Assembly: GCA_001938485.1 (NCBI GenBank) | Contig: MQRK01225506.1 | Location: forward strand, 90,835 to 141,694 | DNA from: Girardia tigrina | Taxonomy: Eukaryota | DNA: 50,860 nucleotides | Reading direction: 5' to 3' | Shown here: positions 1-14,375 of the stretch, piece by piece | Position numbering within the stretch: the stretch's first letter is position 1 | How the letters are laid out: every line of letters starts with the position of its first letter | The notes under the pieces: model-generated | Seen by the model: only the letters and a program-made list of their open reading frames with translations | Database searches by the model: none | Told to the model about the DNA's origin: nothing | Program-made: the position numbers and the translations under genes

Positions 1-1394
1 TAAATAAATATTTAATATTTTTGTTTTCTTGACATTTTTAATTTTAAGATATTTAATAGATACATTAAAAGATATTTTTTATTTTTAAATAGATATTTTA
101 TTTTTTTATGATTTTCTTTCATCATATCATTTTAAATTTTTTTTAAAATATTTAAAAACACATTAAAAAATATTTTATTTTTAAAAACGTTTTTGATTTT
201 TTAATAGTTGTTTTATTATATCATTTTTAATTTTAAAATATTGAATAAGCATATTAACATAAAAATATTTTACCCTTTAAATTAAAAAATAATAAATTAT
301 TCAGGCGAGATAAAAATTCAATTTTATTGATTAATTTTATTTAAAGATTTAATATTGAAATTGTTGTGATAACGGATGAAATAATCCGTTTGTTTTAATT
401 AATTATTTTACGAGAGTAGAATGTATTTAAAATAAAACATTGCTCGTTATTGTTGATTTTTGATTTATTGCAGTAAACTTAAAGCTATCGCAGCATGAAT
501 AGAATTATGTTCACGGACGCGGTTCAAACGTTTAATGGATCAGGGGATTGCAGTGATTGGTGCCGGCAGTTCGAGACATCTTCAGAGTGGAAAAGTTGGG
601 AGTCGCGCATTCGAATTATTTATTGGTTTACCACTTAATGAACATGAAAACTATAAATAAATTAAAGCGGCATTGGCAGTCGCATTTGACCTAGATCCAA
701 AAACCTCGTACGAGGAGTTCATATGGCGAGATGGTTGAAAAGTTCGTTGCTGCATTACGGCATCTGGTGAAAATAATATGTCAAGGGGAAGTATCATAAG
801 ATTTTTTTATTAAGCAGACGTTTTGGCAGGTCTTCCTCGGATGTAGCTAGGCACATCGCATCAGAAGAGGTAAAGTCGCAAGTAACCTTCCAAGACTTAA
901 TACCAGTCGCCCGAATGCTGCTCAGCATCAACCAAACGGCAACAGCTAATGAAACATATCCAACCGAAACATCTGTATCAGTAACCAGCGGAATGAAGGC
1001 CACAGTGGTAAAAAGATGTTCCAATTGTGGCAGATGGGCGCATGCAAAAGAGGTCTGCAGAGCAAAAGGGGGAACATCGGACAACACAGCCGAGAGAAGC
1101 AAGCGTTGCTACCTTTTCGGCAACCGAGACCATTTTTATGCGGTCTGCCCTCAGTCACGCAAGAACACGGGAAACGAGTAGCAGCCCTTCTTTATTGCGC
1201 GGGTGGGGCATCTGCATGGAATTGCGCGCAGTTACCGATTGTGGTAGTGAGAGTTGACGGTATATTGATTAAAGCTCTGGTTTAGTTTTAGTTTTGTTTA
1301 AACCAATTACGGAAACTCCGTAATTGGTAAAATTGTTATAGTTAAAATTAATCAATAAAAATATCATAATTGAATTGCATTCTGAATTTTGATA

Positions 1395-1929
1395 ATGGTA
1401 GGAGAAAAGTATGAGCGACTGGATACAACCGATTTTGATACCCCATTAAAAAATGAATGTTTTGTTAAGAGAAGAAAAATTACTGATAAAAACTCATTGG
1501 AAATTGACGGATACGAAAACGTAAATAACATTCAAAATAATTCCGAAAAAAACTTCAACTGCAGATTCTAAGTCATGCCAGAAATGTAACAAGCATATAA
1601 ATGAATATGAAGTGACCGGATTCTCGGATTGTTAACATCGGTTCTGTCCTGAATATATTCGAACATCAGGCGACGAAAAACGTTTCAGATGTTCGATTTG
1701 TAATGTCGAATATTTCTGGTTCTTTCAAGTTTCAAAGGGAAATCGATTATTTATCGGATCTTTTGATCCGCTACGAGCAGCAATAATAGAAACGGTCAAC
1801 CAAAGCAAATATTTGATTACTGAATTCCAAACGAAAATAAATTCGAAAAATCCGTTTTTAATGTGGATAACGTGCGACGGACGCGAATTTGTGAGGCGGA
1901 ATCAAAGACTTGCGAGAACAGATAACTGT
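1395..1929 (+). pseudogene. RING-finger (C3HC4-type) protein pseudogene inserted into the Gypsy protease
   Basis: Frame from 1561 reads SCQKCNKHINEYEVTGFSDC*HRFCPEYIRTSGDEKRFRCSICNVEY, i.e. Cx2C...CxHxxCxx(C>Y)...Cx2C. One stop at 1633 and a frameshift in the poly-A near 1546 link it to ORF 1389-1571. The frame stays open to the gap at 1930. Confidence 0.65.
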
Positions 1930-4623
1930 NNNNNNNNNNNNNNNNNNNNNNNNNNNNNNNNNNNNNNNNNNNNNNNNNNNNNNNNNNNNNNNNNNNNNNN
2001 NNNNNNNNNNNNNNNNNNNNNNNNNNNNNNNNNNNNNNNNNNNNNNNNNNNNNNNNNNNNNNNNNNNNNNNNNNNNNNNNNNNNNNNNNNNNNNNNNNNN
2101 NNNNNNNNNNNNNNNNNNNNNNNNNNAATAATAATAAAAATAACAGTAAAAATAATAGTAAAAGTATTAACAAAAATAAAAATAAATGCAATAAGGATAA
2201 AATTAACAGTAACGATAATAGAGATAAAAACGATAATAATAATAAATTAGAGAACATCATTATCGAACCCACTTCCCTCTCCTTGATGACGCGCGGAGAT
2301 GATATAAGCTTCCACTGCGCTGCTACTGCAACACTCTGGTTGACACAGGATGCTCGGCAACGATAGTGGATCGGCGAATAATAGATCCGGAACACGTGAA
2401 AAGAATCTTTTAACGTATTCAAACCGTGAACCGATCGAGGTGCGGGTAGAAGCGTGGCTACATCTTGAGGCCCAAGAACATCGGATACGGTGCTGGGTAT
2501 TGCTGGCAGACGATCTCAGTGGGTTAGGAGTCGAAGTCCTGCTTGGAATGAATGCTGTGACGATGCTGGAAGGAGTAACAGTCGATGGATCGCCGTGACA
2601 TTTGGATTGGAGCGAACAACCGCACACAAGAGCGGTCAGAGGAGGCATAAAACGACTGGAAGGATCCAGCGTTCATGACGGCGTTATTGACGAGAATTGA
2701 GGTGAACCGAGGATCGTCGACACAACCGGTCGACGGGTCGGCACCTCTAGCAAAGATAATTGGTCTGGATTCACGGGAATGGTTGGTCAGTATCGTGGCA
2801 TTGGAAAGGGGGACAGGTCCCACCGGTGAACCATAGCGAGGCAAGTACGGCTCGGTTAAACCTCACGAAGACGAAATTATCGCAAAATTAGACGAATGGA
2901 AGAGGAAGGGATGGTTGTTGGAGTGCGAGAGCCATTCAAGACCAACGTTCCCGTTAATCGCGGTATTCCAAGGATCAAAAGAGAAAGTCCGGCCAGTCCT
3001 CGATTACTGGGATTTAAACGAATCCATCTCAAGCCATACTGCCAGGAGAAAATGGTGCCAGATGGGAAAGAATCTGGAAATAGTGGATCTCAAGAGGTCG
3101 TACTTGCAAATCAAGGTGGACTAGTCCTTGTGGAGATATCAGGTAATAAGTCACCAGGGCAGATACTGGTATTTAACCCGTTTAAGATTTGGCCTGAGTG
3201 TAGTTCCGAAAATAGTGAGGCGATTATTGGAACACGTGTTATCTACAGACGAGACGGTGAAAGCGGGAACAGAAGCCTATTATGACGACATTGTTGTAAA
3301 CAACGATATAACGACAACCGTTCGGTTAATGGCAGTACTGAAGCAGTTCGGATTAGAATCAAAACCGCCAGTGCCGCTCGATTGGGGGCCAGATATTGGG
3401 ACTGGCAGTAAAAACAGCAGTGAACGGAACACTCCAATGGCGGAGAGACGGATCAATACCAAACATATCGCCAACATTAACCCGTCGAAGTATTTTTGCG
3501 TGGACCGGCCAGTTATTAGGGCAGTATGCGGTGTGCGGATGGCTTTGACCATCGTGCAGTTTCCTTAAAAGAAGCGCGGGAGGCGGAAATTGGGATGCTG
3601 AAGTGAAGAAACTGGCATGCCAGTTGGAAGAAAGAGTCAAGTCAGATGATGCGGTCCATGGCAACTGGGAGATTCCGTAAGTCGAGAAAGAGTGTGTATT
3701 GTGCAACGCCAGCTCAATTGCGGTAGGAGTAGCAGTCGAGATTGCCGGAAAAATAGTGGTAGACGCATGCTGGCTCCGATCCAAACGCCACAGTAATCAC
3801 ATAAATCTTGCAAAGCTCGAGGCGGTCAATCAAGCCGTAAAAGAAGTAGTGAAATGGGGGCTCAGCACTTCGAGTTGATGACCGATTCGGCCACGGTGTA
3901 TAAGTGGCTCCCTGCAGCAATATCCGGGACCGAGCCAATCCGATCATAAGCCCTCAGTGAGTTGTTAATTAAACGTAAAATTGAACTTCTTAGACAGGTG
4001 ATCAAAGAGGAAGGCATTACAGTGGAGGTCAATCTAGTGCGGTCAGAGGTAAAAAAGGCGGGCACGCTGACCCGGGTACCCAGCAGTTGGTTGGCATTAA
4101 CAAAAGAAACAAAGGTTGCAGCGAAAACCATAGCGACAGCGCAAGATGAGCGTATCGACGGGTTAGCAAAACTACACGAAATCAACCATTTCGGGATGAG
4201 GCGCACCATGTTTTTAGCAAGAAAAGTGTGAGAAAAAGCGGGAGCGAACCAGGTGTCAGAAGATCAGGTCAAGGCAGTAGTGAAAGGAAGCAACCATTGC
4301 GCATTAATAGACGCTGCACCAATCCAGTGGGACAAAGATGAATTAGCGACCACAAAAACGTGGCATTGGCTGGCAGTCGACATAACGCACATGAAAGGGG
4401 AGAAATTCCTAACAGTGGGGAATTGCGGTCCCGGTTGGTTCGCGATTTGGCGCCAAATTCAGTCGGAGAGAGAGGAAGAGGTATGTAAGGCCCGCCAGAA
4501 GAGATTCTTTTGGATAATTTTAAAACATTCTGGGGAAACGGAGTTAGAAAGTTCCTCGAAACCTCAGGAGTGGAAGCCCGGTTCAGATTCGTAAACGGCC
4601 AAGTGAAAATGGTATCGTTCAAC

Positions 4624-4810
4624 GGGCGACCCGACAAAAGCGCCACCCGAAAAAAGCGCCATAATTATTTCTACTATTATTATACTGTTTTAATCCCAAA
4701 TATTAATGAACTTTTTGAATTTTTATAAAAAATTGTAAAACTTATATTATTTTGGATTTAAACAATATAATGATAGTATAAATAATAGCGCCCCGATAAA
4801 AGCGCCCAAC
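4624..4810. mobile_element. Terminus of a probable MULE-like DNA transposon that truncates the integrase
   Basis: Starts GGGCGACCCGACAAAAGCGCC with repeated cga(c/a/t)aaaagcgcc units (4633, 4648, 4793), exactly where integrase homology stops. Confidence 0.4.
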
Positions 4811-5392
4811 ATGCAAGAAACAATAACAAATGCAACAAAATGTTTAAAATAAAAGTAATAAAATGAAAAGAAAAAAGTAAAAAAAATAACACATTATTTT
4901 ATATTTCCAGATTATATGACAATCGTTTTAGATAATTTATAATATCATTTTGATTATAATTTTCTGTTAATATTTTTATCGTTTCTTTAGGCAATATATT
5001 TTTTTACGAGAGTAGAATTTATTTAAAATTTAACATTGAAAACTTAAACCACGGCCAAGTGTGGTGCGACGCAATCTCTATCACAATTGATATCTCTGTA
5101 CAGATAAGAGGAGCTGTGATTCAGAACACCTCGCGGTTTAAATTAAAAATTAGCTCTTCATATATGTATTAAATTTTTTAGTCCTTACAATTTCTGTAGA
5201 ATAAACTTTAATTTTTATATCCGTCCTCTCTTCATTCTTGCTAAAGAATAAACAATATGGAAATGCTATTTTACAGGACCAAAATATCCTAAACGGTGTC
5301 AGTGTGTGTACGTCTTAGTGATTGTGTGTGTTAAGGCGTGTGATTGCGGTTGAAATTGTGTTATGTCCATCAATATCCCCCCGAAATGAAAA

Positions 5393-5408
5393 CCTGGCTA
5401 CGCCGCTG
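5393..5408 (-). mobile_element. Isolated hAT-like terminal inverted repeat
   Basis: cctggctacgccgctg is the reverse complement of CAGCGGCGTAGCCAGG; no partner end found. Confidence 0.35.
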
Positions 5409-7544
5409 CATATCTTCGATATGTCCGTCTATTCGATATATCAGTTTCATATATATATATATATATATGGAGTGCATTGTATTTATGAAGTTGAAAGTTA
5501 ATGAAAGAATAAATAATGTGCTTCTTCAGGAGGAGAAAATATTCAATTAGAAGATGAAATTTACACATTATTTACAATAATTTGATCATTAAAAACTGAT
5601 GTTCAAAAATAAGAAAAGACTTTCAAAAGGTCTAGTCGAAGTTCCTTCAAAGATCATGAAGATCATCAATATTAAAAATCCCGAAATCAAATTTATAATT
5701 TGAGAAAAATAAATAAATTCAAAATATTAGTAAATTATTTCAAACAATCAAACAAATAATTATTCACACACTAAAATTATTAAACGCCGATCAAAGACCG
5801 GCAAAGGTCTTCATCATAAATTTATTAAAGACTGTTTTAACACCCTGGAAGTCTCGATTAAAAATAAAATCAAAAGAAAAAAAATCTGATAAAAGTAAAC
5901 CATTAATTTTCACCGGAAATTGATTTAATTTAAAAACACGAATTTCCTCAAATTGTTTTTTAATACAAAATAATAATAATGATAATAATAATATTTTTAT
6001 TATTAAAATAATCGATAATACCCTTCAAAGTCCATCAACAGTCGATAAAAAATCGATAATTTCAAAATAAAAGAAACAAATCTTTTTTTATCATTTTGAA
6101 AGAAAAAAAACACTAATTCCCATATTGTTTCTCTTTCTGTCTCTCACTCCCAGACCCTCTTCCTTTCCCTCTTTTTCTGTATTACACATTTCAATGCAAT
6201 TTGTTTTTAATGAAAATCCAATAGAATTCCTGACTGAAATTAGTGGTCAAATCAGCAAAATCATCAAAAGTCTATACATTGGTCTACGATAAATTATTGC
6301 TTAATTAATTTTTGCTTTTATCTTTCCCTAATTAAGGGGTTTCCTCCATTTTACAACCGTAATCGCCCAACAATACCGAACAATAATCGGTTTCCGCCGT
6401 TACAATTTCATTTTAAAACGTGATTTCACACATCACTCGGTATTTTCACACTTTAGATCAATATTCAAACACATAAAATAATCGATTTGCGGCTAATAAT
6501 AATTAATCGTTTAATTTGAATTATTTTTTATTTATTTATTTATTTTCATTTATTTAAAATAATAATTTTTCCAATGTTGTGTTTTTTTCTATTTGAAATT
6601 TTTTTTATTTTTCTTTCTATCTCTCTTAAAAATATATAAAATTTGCAATTTATATCATTAATTAATTAGAAATTTTACAAAAAAAATATTGAAATATTAG
6701 AAAATTTATTTATTTAAATTAAATATTTTCTAATTGAACAAAAAAAATACATACTTTTTATTAATACTATTTATATTTCATTTTAAATTTAAAATGATTT
6801 AAATTTTTTTCAATATTTCTTGTTTTTATGCATAAAATAATGATACTTTCATACTTTAAGGCAATTATTATTATTATTATTTTTATGATTATGATTATTA
6901 TTTCTATAACAATAATAATAGTTATTATTATTATTATTATAATTAAAACAGAACTATTAATATCTTTTATTTATGAAATATTAACGAATTTTTTCGGTCT
7001 GTGAGAGAATCTAACAACAAAGCAAATAAAATAACTTTTTTTCTTTTACAATTTTTGTTTTTCCTTTTTTTCAGCGAATATTTTCCACGTTCCGGAATAT
7101 TTGCCATAAAAATTAATAATTAATTAATTAAAGCAATTTCTAATGATTAAATAATATGGAAATTTTATTTTAGTCATGATAATTTTAGATATGATTAAGT
7201 AAAATGTAAATCATTGAAATAATGGAACTTGAGTTTCGTTCTGTCAGTAGATTCATTCAAGGGGGTTCAAAATAGGCAGGCCAAGGTCCAATAAAAGCGT
7301 TGATTTTTTTTCGGGGCCCTCAATATGAAGTATAAATCGATTACAGTACATGTTTCGGAATATCCTCCATCATCAACTATTTTATAGTTACTATTTTAAT
7401 GTTTCTATTGAATAAGGTTATTTAAAAAGGTTCAAAATTTTTTTATTCATTTTATAAATTCAAGATATTATTGGATAATAATGGCAAAATGTTAAAAAAA
7501 TTAATTAAAGATTTTAAGATTTGAAACTTTTTTTGTTCATTTTG

Positions 7545-8372
7545 ACTGTTTATTTATGGATTGTAGTGTCGTATTAATAATGATTCACAGAACTGCCGCT
7601 CATAGTGTGAATCGAAACCCTTCTGTAAAACAGAAATCCATCTTTTGAAACAGAAGAGATTCTATTTTTACAGTGTAACCAATGATCAAGAACCTTACTC
7701 GATCGAATTGATTGTGTATGCTTACTAATCCGCGTTTCTCCAATGTGCGAGTTTTTACATCCGTGACAATTAAATTTATAAACCAGATTAACTTAAAATC
7801 CACAAATCGTTTTCGATTTATTCGAGAGAAAGCTTTGAACTTTGAATGCAATTGAAACTACTTTGACACTACTTATATTCTTGCAAATACTTTTCTTAAA
7901 TGCTTTAAATCTTTCAGAGTATGATAATTTGTTCATTTGTTTGTGCTCTTCAATGCTTTCTTAATTTAATTCTTTCCTAACCCGTCTTTGTGAATGTAAT
8001 TTGTCCAATGTAACCTAAATATTTTGATCTATAGTTTTGTTTGTGTACATGTTATCCCTCAAGCGTCCCTTAAGAATATTTAAACCATGATCTGCAGTTT
8101 TAAAATTAGAAGACAAACTCAAAACTCTGTGAACTAAACCCTTTATCATACTCTCCCTATATTTTTCCTCACAAAAACTCTGTGGTATAACCGTAATATT
8201 TTTAACCTTAATATTTTGTGTAGAGACCGGTATCTGTTATCTTTCTGTATAATTCCGTTTGATATTTCCCATTCATCCTATTGATAAAAATGTCAAGAAA
8301 AGGAAGTTTGTTATTAACTTCCAATTCTGTAGTGTATTTAATTTTAGGATGAAGATCATTCAAGAAAACTAT
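7545..8372 (-). mobile_element. Penelope-like element fragment (RT C-terminus plus GIY-YIG endonuclease)
   Basis: Minus strand reads FLNDLHPKIKYTTELEVNNKLPFLDIFINR..TELYRKITDTGL, then KYRESMIKGLVHRVLSL, the GIY-YIG motif VYKFNCHGCKNSHIGET (about 7783-7733) and ESLLIRHYNP. Multiple stops and frameshifts. Confidence 0.85.
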
Positions 8373-8569
8373 ATGGTTCTATAAGGGATTGGTTTTTGAA
8401 AACAAGAAAGATATAATATACATATCTCTTGTAGATCACAGGGTTTTTTTCCAGGGTATGTATCAATTTTAACCTCAAGATACTTCATAAAAATTGATGC
8501 CAACTATGTTGCTAAATGACCCCGCACTTGAAAGTGCCATGCCTTACCACCAAAATCAACAAAGAGAGA

Positions 8570-8720
8570 GATAATTTTCTAGCTAAAACTAATTAAAAAC
8601 TATCTGAGATCGACAATAACTCAGGATAGATTAAATAAGTTATTATGTCGATGTCAGATTTAATCAAACGAAACTTGTCGAAAATTTCAATATAAAAAAT
8701 CCAAAAGAAAAATAAGAATT
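8570..8720 (+). pseudogene. hAT transposase C-terminal dimerisation-domain fragment (ZMYM1-like)
   Basis: KLIKNYLRSTITQDRLNKL matches the hAT consensus KLIKNYLRSTMxQxRLN. Confidence 0.6.
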
Positions 8721-10432
8721 TATTTATATACCATCAACTTTTTTAGGAGTCACCGTTTTAACCTTTACGCCCTGAATTAATTTCTAAAACTTAAAATTAT
8801 GAATTATTTCTAATTTGTCTAGTAAGTGGTAAATAGATAATACTTTTTTTAATAGATAATAGTATATGTACTAGATCAAATATATGACACAACAGTCACA
8901 ATTGCTTCTTCGGCTCACACACATAATTACACTCGGTATAATCTTTGTTTTTCTGTGACGAATTTTATACAGTTGTGCGTCAAGATTAATACTTTTATCA
9001 CATTGTAAAAATTAATTGTAAAATCCAGTATCCTGTACGTTTTTATATGACACAGTTTTACAGTATTGGTTTACTCGTCTGTGTATGATAAAAATCTGTC
9101 AGATGTTATTTCTATCATGTCACATGTTTTATAAACCAATTAAAATATTGATTATCGAAACCAGTGATTCCAAACCTGGGTGCCGCGAGCGTCTGAAAAG
9201 GGTGCCGCGAGCTCGTGAGATGTACGAAATTATAAAATAATAAAATATGTATTACACATAAATATATAGTATATAAAAATATAAATAAATGAAAAAATGA
9301 AAATGTACAAAAAATGTTAAAAATATAGAATTGCTAAATAATAAATCCCTAATATGTGCATGTCGTCAGAATGTTCAGTGCATTGAATGGTAGGAGCATA
9401 GTGTATACCACGACAGCGACTGTTAGTTATGCTTATATCGACATTCGTAATAAAAGTTTTTTTTTAAAAACAATAATATAAATATTTATTGATGACATTT
9501 CAAACAAATGTTCATCTACCATTTTCATTTCCCTCATATCCAAACTTTTACAATTTCAATTAACTTTTATATATTGGAAGAACCGCGTTGCAAAAAGTTG
9601 CCATTTCTGCAACTTTTTCGGTTGCCCTATTTATAACTCTAATAAATTTCAATACAAATATTTATGTAATCACTTTTAAAAAATTTATAAGCTCAAAATG
9701 ATTTTTTATGTTATTACTTAAAAAAATATATCTCAATTAAATTTTATATGTAAATACTTTTAAAAATTTTACAAATTTTGAATTATTTAAATCTCAGCAT
9801 TTCAGCGAAACGATAAATGAACTATATTCTCATAGCTACATAAATTCTACAAAAAATATTAGATATGGTGAAAATCTCAGCAATTATTACTTGTTTGTTT
9901 TAATACACAAATATAGCCGTATATCTTGAAATTTTTGTACTTTTTTTGTATCTTTATAGCTGGTGAGCTTATTTGACAATTTATGTTAGAATTTATTAAT
10001 AAATAACTCTTAGGTAAAATGAATAAATTTCTAAATCGAAAAAGAACTGCAGAATATATCAAAGTTTCTAAATATGAGACTCCAACAAACTCTAAAAAAA
10101 GTAAAATTCGTCAGTACCAAGATAAATTTTTAGACTTAGAATTTACATGGTGGGGGACAAACTTTACCCAAAACCTAAATGCATTGTATGTGGAGAAGTG
10201 TTCTCAAATGAAGCAATGAATCCCAGTATATTAAAGAGACACTACTACGAAACATAAATCTTTGTTAAATGAACCACCACAATATTTTAAAAATTTGTTG
10301 AAGTCACAAAAACAACAAAGTAGAATGTTCGTTAAGAAAGTAACTATAAGTGACAAAATTCAAGAAGCCAGTTATATAAGGCAGAACTAATAGCGAAAAA
10401 TATGAAGCCTCATAATATTGGAGAAACATTAA

Positions 10433-10649
10433 CCCTTAATAACCTAAAGTTTCAATTTTGATACCAATCTTTTAAACGTTCTTTATGGCGATAATGTCTG
10501 AAGTATCAAAATTGATACCTGTTTTTTTCTAAATACATATGTAAAATAAATATTGTGATTTTTTTAGCTACTTTTCCCTTCATCTAGACCCTCAAGCAAA
10601 CACAGTAATATTAAAAATAAATCACTTTCATAAATCAGGCTACTAAGGG
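10433..10649. mobile_element. piggyBac-type MITE (217 bp) inside the hAT transposase
   Basis: TTAA|CCCTTA...TAAGGG|TTAA with an internal inverted repeat (gtttcaattttgatac / gtatcaaaattgatac); precise excision restores the hAT reading frame. Confidence 0.85.
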
Positions 10650-10788
10650 TTAATACTTCCGGTTTGTTCGGCAATTGTTAAAACATTGTTTGAAATCGAG
10701 GCAGAAGAAGAAATAAAGAAAATTCCCTTGTCAAACAATACAGTAGACAGGCGTATTGATGATTTATCAGACAATATTGAAACACGCC

Positions 10789-11080
10789 TGTTAGGAACGA
10801 CATTGGTCGCATAAATGTCTCCTGTTTCTTCCGACATTCAAATAACAAAAGAAATAAGCCTGGATCAAAATAATTTATTAATCGACAACTTTTAAATTTT
10901 CCACAAAATTTCTGTTTATTTAAACAACTGAATTTATTTGAGGATATTTTTAGTATTTCTATTTTTAACCGTTTCTTATAAATATGGATATGGATATAAA
11001 TATAGATATTTAATAACATTAATAATTATTTAAATGTTGAGAATTAAAATATATTATAAATTATACTTACAAATCTTACA
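10789..11080 (-). repeat. 3' LTR of element B
   Basis: Direct repeat of 15527-15818, adjacent to the PPT. Confidence 0.97.
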
Positions 11081-14000
11081 TCCCCCCTTTTTTTAAGATT
11101 TTTATTTTTCTCAACCTTACGGGTGACTACTTTGTTGTCGGAGTTACGACGTATGTAGCTCCTATCGTGGATTTTGTCTATAATTGTATATGGACCTTCG
11201 TACTTGTCTTGGTGCTTGTCTCGAATCTCTTTCTTTATCCAAACCACCTCCCCTATCTGAAAATGTCGTCGTGTTTTTTCGGTGTTCTCTATTTGTTTCT
11301 CTCTAATTTTTTAATAATATCTGCCGTGGGTATCTTGTTCATTGGTAACCAACCCTAACGGTTAATCTGCCTTCCAAATACTACCTCTGCTGGACTGAAA
11401 CCTGTCGTTTTCTGTACTATGGCGTTCAAACTAAATTCTATTTCAGGAAGTAATGTAGCCCAATCTGCTTTGTCTCTGTCTTTCAGCGAAGCATTTATAT
11501 ATTCCCGTATCGTTCTGAATTGCCTTTCTATGATTCCGTTAGTATTATGGTGGTATGGGCTGGAAAATATTAAGGTAGTGCCTACTTCTGCCGCTAGGTC
11601 TGCCATCTTCTTAGATATGGAGCTCTTTCCACAATCCACATGTATTTCTTTAGGTGAGCCAAATTTCATAATCCAATTCTTATTGATGATGTTTACCATT
11701 GTGTTTTCTTCTTGCGTTGCGCATGCTGTCAGAACTATGTATTTACTGAAGTGATCAATAATAGGGATAATATATTTTTCCTTTTTCAAAGTTTCTCTAA
11801 AAGGCCCGCAGATGTCAATGTATATTTTCTCGAATGGTTTATCTGACTGTATCTTTATTGTTTTTTCTTTCGTTTGTGTTGTCAGGGTTTTTATCTGTTG
11901 GCATGAAATACAGCCTTCAATTGTATATTTTACGGCTTTCCCCTTGCATTCATGTCGAAATTGTTCTTGATGTATTTGTCAGTTTTTTCCGCACCTGCAT
12001 GACATAATAATTTATGGATGTGTGTAATAAATTCTGTTTTCTTGTTATCTGGTATACATATCTTTCCGTCTTCCGTATATACTGTTCCATTCTTGACGAT
12101 AAACTGTCCCCCGTCTACTGACTCCTTAATCATCTCGATATCCTTGTCATTTTCCTACCAGTATGAGATCGTTTTTATTGGAGACATCGTTAATATTCGT
12201 GTTTTCATTTTGTGTTTCTTGACGTCTTCATGCTCCATCAAACATTGTGTACACATACCACAATCTTTTCTTGACAACATGTCCGCGTTTCCGTGTTGTG
12301 AACCTTTCCTGAATCGCATGTCAATGTCTAAACTGCTGAGGTAGTTGAGCCAAGTCTGAAACTGTGCCGTGATCGGTTTCTTTGTATTCATCATAGACGT
12401 TATAGCCTTGTGGTCCGTCCTAAGGACGAATCGTTTCCCGTACAGATAATGCTTGAAATGATCACAAAAATAGTATACAGCCAGAAGTTTTTTTCTGGTT
12501 ATGTAATATCCTTTCTCATGGCTATTCATCGCTTTCGACCCGTACGCGATCACGAATTCCCTTCCTCAAACATCCGTTTGAGATAGTACCGCCCCAATGG
12601 TATCGAAGCTGGCGCCAGTGTCTAATATGAATTCTTTCCTAAAATCTGGGAACGTCAGTATCGGGGCTTCCATTAAAGCTTTCTTCATTTCGTCAAAAGC
12701 TGTCTCACAGGTATCTGTCCAGACTAGTTTCGCCTGATTATTCCCACACATACTTTCCAGGGTTCTGGATTTTCTGGCATAGTTTTTAATGAATCTTCTG
12801 TAGTAGTTACAGATTCCAAGAAAACTTCGAACACTTTTGATGTATTTAGGTCTGGTGAACGTTCTGATGTCCCAGAAATTTGACTTCTTTTCTCAGGAAT
12901 TTGCACTTCTCGGGATTCAAACGGAGTCACCCGTCGCCAACTCTCTTGATAACTTCTTCTAGGACTGTATAGTGTTCGTCTAAAGTCTCGGTGGCCACTA
13001 AAATGTTATCTAAGCATACTGATGCCCCACTCTTTATAGTTGCGAGTATTTTCGTCATAACTTCTTGAAATGTACCGGGGGCCGCCGCTATTCCAAATGG
13101 CATTCTTGTGAAACAAAATTGGCCCGATTTTGTCGAAAAGGCTGTTTTTTCTTGTGACTCCGGGTCTAGTTCGATCTGATAAAATGTGTTAATCAAGTCT
13201 ATTGTACTGAAATACTTTGTCCCGTGTAAGGTATCCATCATTTCTTCCGCATTGGGCATGTGAAAGGCTTGTCTTTCAGTAATTTGATTTAACTGTCGGA
13301 AGTCTAAACATAATCTCACGTCTGCACTTTCTTTCTTCCACACGCATACTAATGGTGTATTCCAAGGGGAGTTACACTTCCGAATGATTCCATTGTCGAA
13401 CAGATTTTTGATTGTTTCTTCTATTTTACCTTCTAAATGCATCGGTTGTCTCCAAGGTTTCATATTTATGGGTCTACCATTGGTAACAATCTTATGAGTT
13501 ATTAGTTTTGTACATCCTATATCCCATTTATTCGCCATGAAAACACCCATGTCTCTGGAAATTATATCCATCAATCGAGGAGACTTCTCCAGGTCATAGA
13601 GACTTCTCCATAGTCATCCTTATTTTTTCCATTCTGTCCTCATTCGTTATTCTCTGTCCGAATTTAGCCTCAATGTTGCAAATAAATTCCTCTGGTTTGT
13701 CAAGTGTTATGTCAATCCATTGTAATTCGAGACCCAGTTGTCTCTGCATATCAATTCCAGCAATCACTGCTGGGCTAATATTCTTTACCACCACAAATAT
13801 AATTTTCGCTTCTCTTTTGCCAATCGACACTTCTAATTCCCCTTTCCCTAACACTTCTAATTTACTGTCATTCGCACATCTTAACTTGTCGGTTGACGGT
13901 TCTATCTTTGCACCTGGTATGCGGTTAGCTATATCCGCACCCATGACATTGACACTCGCACTCGTATCCAATAAACAATCCACATACATGCCGTGAATAT

Positions 14001-14220
14001 TCACATTTAAGCTCGGTTTCCCTTGCATTTTTTCGTACGATATAATCTCCGTGGTCCTAGTTCCCAGTGTTTTATCTGTTGTCCTGATTTCGCAGATTCC
14101 GTTTGTCTCTATTTTCTTAAAAAAATTAACAATTTTAATTTCTTCCTGACGTGTTTCTTTTTTCTGTAAATCATTATCATTGCGGTCTTTCATCGGTCCT
14201 ATATCGTTTTTCATATCCAC
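11044..14220 (-). pseudogene. pol: pol of element B (PR-RT-RNase H-IN), fragmented
   Basis: ORF pieces 13594-14220, 12927-13574, 12566-12751, 12155-12553, 11930-12133, 11355-11789 and 11044-11247 carry the canonical motifs in order. Confidence 0.95.
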
Positions 14221-14375
14221 ATTATGATTAACATTATTACGTAACTCTTTATAATCTTTATTAAAATTATTTACAAAATTACTTTTATTATACTTGCCAA
14301 TTGTACTATCAGCTACATGATTATTATAAATAGAAAATATACTACTATAACATGAACGGTTAGAAATAGAATTAC

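Larger units (their letters stand above)
362..5035 (+). mobile_element. Decayed Ty3/Gypsy LTR retrotransposon (element A), interrupted by two insertions
   Basis: Gag from ATG 495 (FNGSGDCSDWCRQFE) with CCHC knuckles CSNCGRWAHAKEVC and a degenerate CYLFGNRDHFYAVC. Protease start IVVVRVDGILIKALV; RT motifs IVDLKRSYLQI, TRLRFGL and YYDD; RNase H (CNASSIAVG, TDSATV); integrase HHCC, WLAVDITH, GPPEEILLDN and RPSENGIVQR to about 4625. Order PR-RT-RH-IN. A ~35-bp direct repeat (ttttacgagagtagaat.tatttaaaat..aaca) at about 406-439 and 5002-5035 may be LTR 3' ends. Confidence 0.9.
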
